From IMG/VR virus record IMGVR_UViG_3300045988_086956, positions 1-33,652 of that record: 33,652 bases of DNA; one strand, written 5' to 3'. Position 1 is the first letter of the stretch. Each line of letters begins with the position of its first letter. The translations under genes and the position numbers were made by a program. The notes under the pieces are model-generated. The model saw only the letters and a program-made list of their open reading frames with translations. It was not told where the DNA came from and searched no databases. This DNA comes from a virus. This document shows positions 32,474 to 33,652 of the stretch, piece by piece.

Positions 32474-33541
32474 ATGGCATACTTCAGGAAAAGAGAAAAC
32501 GGTTGGGAATATCGAATCTCTTATAAAGACAAAGACGGCAAATACAAGCAGAAATCAAAAAGTGGATTCAAGACAAAGAAACTAGCTCAAGCTGCAGCCA
32601 GAGAGATAGAGGATAATCTGTCCGAAAATATCCTGACAGACAAAGATGTCACGCTCTATGATTTTGTCAAAACGTGGTCCGATGTTTACAAGCGACCACA
32701 CGTCAAGGATAAGACATGGGAGACTTATACCAAAAACCTCAAACATATCAAGACCTATTTTGGAGATTTGAAAGTAAAGGATATTACTCCCCTTTATTAT
32801 CAAAAGCGACTCAATGAATTTGGCGAAAAGTACGCCCAAGAAACTCTTGAGAAATTCCACTATCAAATAAAGGGCGCTTTGAAAGTGGCCGTCAGAGAGC
32901 AAGTGATCAGCTACAATTTTGCTGAAGATGCCAAAGTCAGATCTCAGATAGAAACCAGGTCAGAAGATAATGATTTTTTAGAAGAGAGTGAGTATAAGGC
33001 TCTAATTTCGTCCACACGCTCGAATATTCAATACGTGTCCTATTTTACCCTCTATCTCCTTTCGGTCACTGGTATGCGCTTTTCTGAGGCTCTGGGGCTT
33101 ACCTGGGACGATATAGACCTCAAACAAGGAATCATTGACATCAACAAGGGATTTGATTACTCAAAGACTCAAGATTTTGGAGATTTGAAAAACGAAAGCT
33201 CAAAAAGAAAAATCCCAATCGATAAGATCACGATTGAGACTTTGAAAACTTATAAAAAGAAATACTGGCAAGCAAATATAAAGAATCGAGTCTGTTTTGG
33301 TGTTTCAAATTCGGCCTGTAATAAACTTATCAAGAAACTTGTAGGTAGGCCTGTCAGAAACCACAGTCTAAGGCATACTTACGCATCTTACCTGATATTC
33401 AAAGGGATAGACATTGTGACCATATCAAAATTACTAGGCCACGAAAGCCCAGATATAACCCTAAAAGTCTACTCGCACCAGATGGAAGCTTTAGCAGATA
33501 AAAACTTCGAGCAAATCAAAGAAATATTCCTAACGGCTTAA
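32474..33541 (+). CDS. int: Tyrosine integrase with N-terminal arm-binding domain
   Basis: MAYFRKRENGWEYRISYKDKDGK N-terminus. Catalytic R (GMRFSEA), HxxR (HSLRHTY), H and Y (LGHES...LKVYSH). The ATG at 32474 follows GTGAGG. Confidence 0.92.
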   Translation: MAYFRKRENGWEYRISYKDKDGKYKQKSKSGFKTKKLAQAAAREIEDNLSENILTDKDVTLYDFVKTWSDVYKRPHVKDKTWETYTKNLKHIKTYFGDLKVKDITPLYYQKRLNEFGEKYAQETLEKFHYQIKGALKVAVREQVISYNFAEDAKVRSQIETRSEDNDFLEESEYKALISSTRSNIQYVSYFTLYLLSVTGMRFSEALGLTWDDIDLKQGIIDINKGFDYSKTQDFGDLKNESSKRKIPIDKITIETLKTYKKKYWQANIKNRVCFGVSNSACNKLIKKLVGRPVRNHSLRHTYASYLIFKGIDIVTISKLLGHESPDITLKVYSHQMEALADKNFEQIKEIFLTA

Positions 33542-33542
33542 A

Positions 33543-33564
33543 TTTGGGGCGGATTTGGGGCGAA
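33543..33564 (+). promoter_or_regulatory. Tandem 11-bp repeats TTTGGGGCGGA TTTGGGGCGAA, candidate arm-type integrase sites (P arm)
   Basis: Start 2 nt after the int stop codon. Partner pair at 109-130. Confidence 0.55.
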
Positions 33565-33605
33565 ATACCCACAAAGCCCGATAAAACAATGGTTTTTAAT
33601 CCGTC

Positions 33606-33652
33606 TACCGCCTTTCAATACCTGACTTGTCAGGAATCAACCGAATGAAAAG
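33606..33652. repeat. Right copy of terminal direct repeat (candidate att core)
   Basis: Identical to 1-47. Truncated by the window end. Confidence 0.85.

Larger units (their letters stand above)
1..33652. mobile_element. Complete temperate siphovirus-type phage genome or prophage (lysis, tail, head, packaging, replication and lysogeny modules) bounded by identical 47-nt repeats
   Basis: Full collinear phage gene order. Integrase sits next to the right repeat and endolysin near the left repeat. Terminal repeats 1-47 and 33606-33652. Confidence 0.9.

Noticed and set aside
1-33652. Search for tRNA, rRNA, CRISPR arrays, transposase or IS elements, toxin or superantigen cargo
   Set aside because: By eye I saw no cloverleaf-like T-arm motifs, no regularly spaced repeat-spacer arrays and no transposase-like ORFs. 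The only recombinases are the integrase and the minimal tyrosine recombinase.

Overview
The window is essentially one complete ~33.6-kb temperate siphovirus genome, either a prophage cut at its att sites or a circular contig. The host is a low-GC Gram-positive, Streptococcus/Lactococcus-like judging by protein resemblance. All family calls come from motifs read by eye; no searches were run. The window starts and ends with the same 47 nt (1-47 = 33606-33652).

Minus strand, right to left:
- a cro-like HTH gene and other small early genes
- a replication module: DnaB-like helicase, RepA_N-type initiator with internal 15-bp tandem repeats, DnaC-like loader
- an orphan N6-adenine methyltransferase, a MazG-like gene, a DUF3310-like gene, a frameshifted YopX gene and SSB
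- an ArpU-like late regulator, a second minimal tyrosine recombinase, an HNH endonuclease and a candidate cos region
- TerS/TerL and an HK97-type portal, protease and capsid
- connector proteins, the major tail protein and a G/GT chaperone pair with an A8 slippery run
- tape measure, Dit, a 1270-aa Tal-RBP fusion, a phi-LC3-type holin and an Amidase_5-type endolysin

Plus strand: an operon of XRE repressor, 371-aa unknown protein, ImmA-like HEXXH protease and tyrosine integrase.

Most interesting accessory content:
1. Two independently promoted plus-strand genes sit antisense inside the early lytic operon. One is a Zn-ribbon + DUF4145-like protein, the other a membrane-anchored protein.
2. A 371-aa unknown protein is wedged between the repressor and its ImmA-like protease. 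It converges on a promoter- and SD-equipped 63-aa hydrophobic ORF.
3. The switch region has two near-identical promoter-operator modules facing each other.
4. A type I toxin-antitoxin-like locus (43-aa membrane peptide plus a predicted antisense promoter) lies between the lysin and the att site.

No tRNA, rRNA or CRISPR array was seen.
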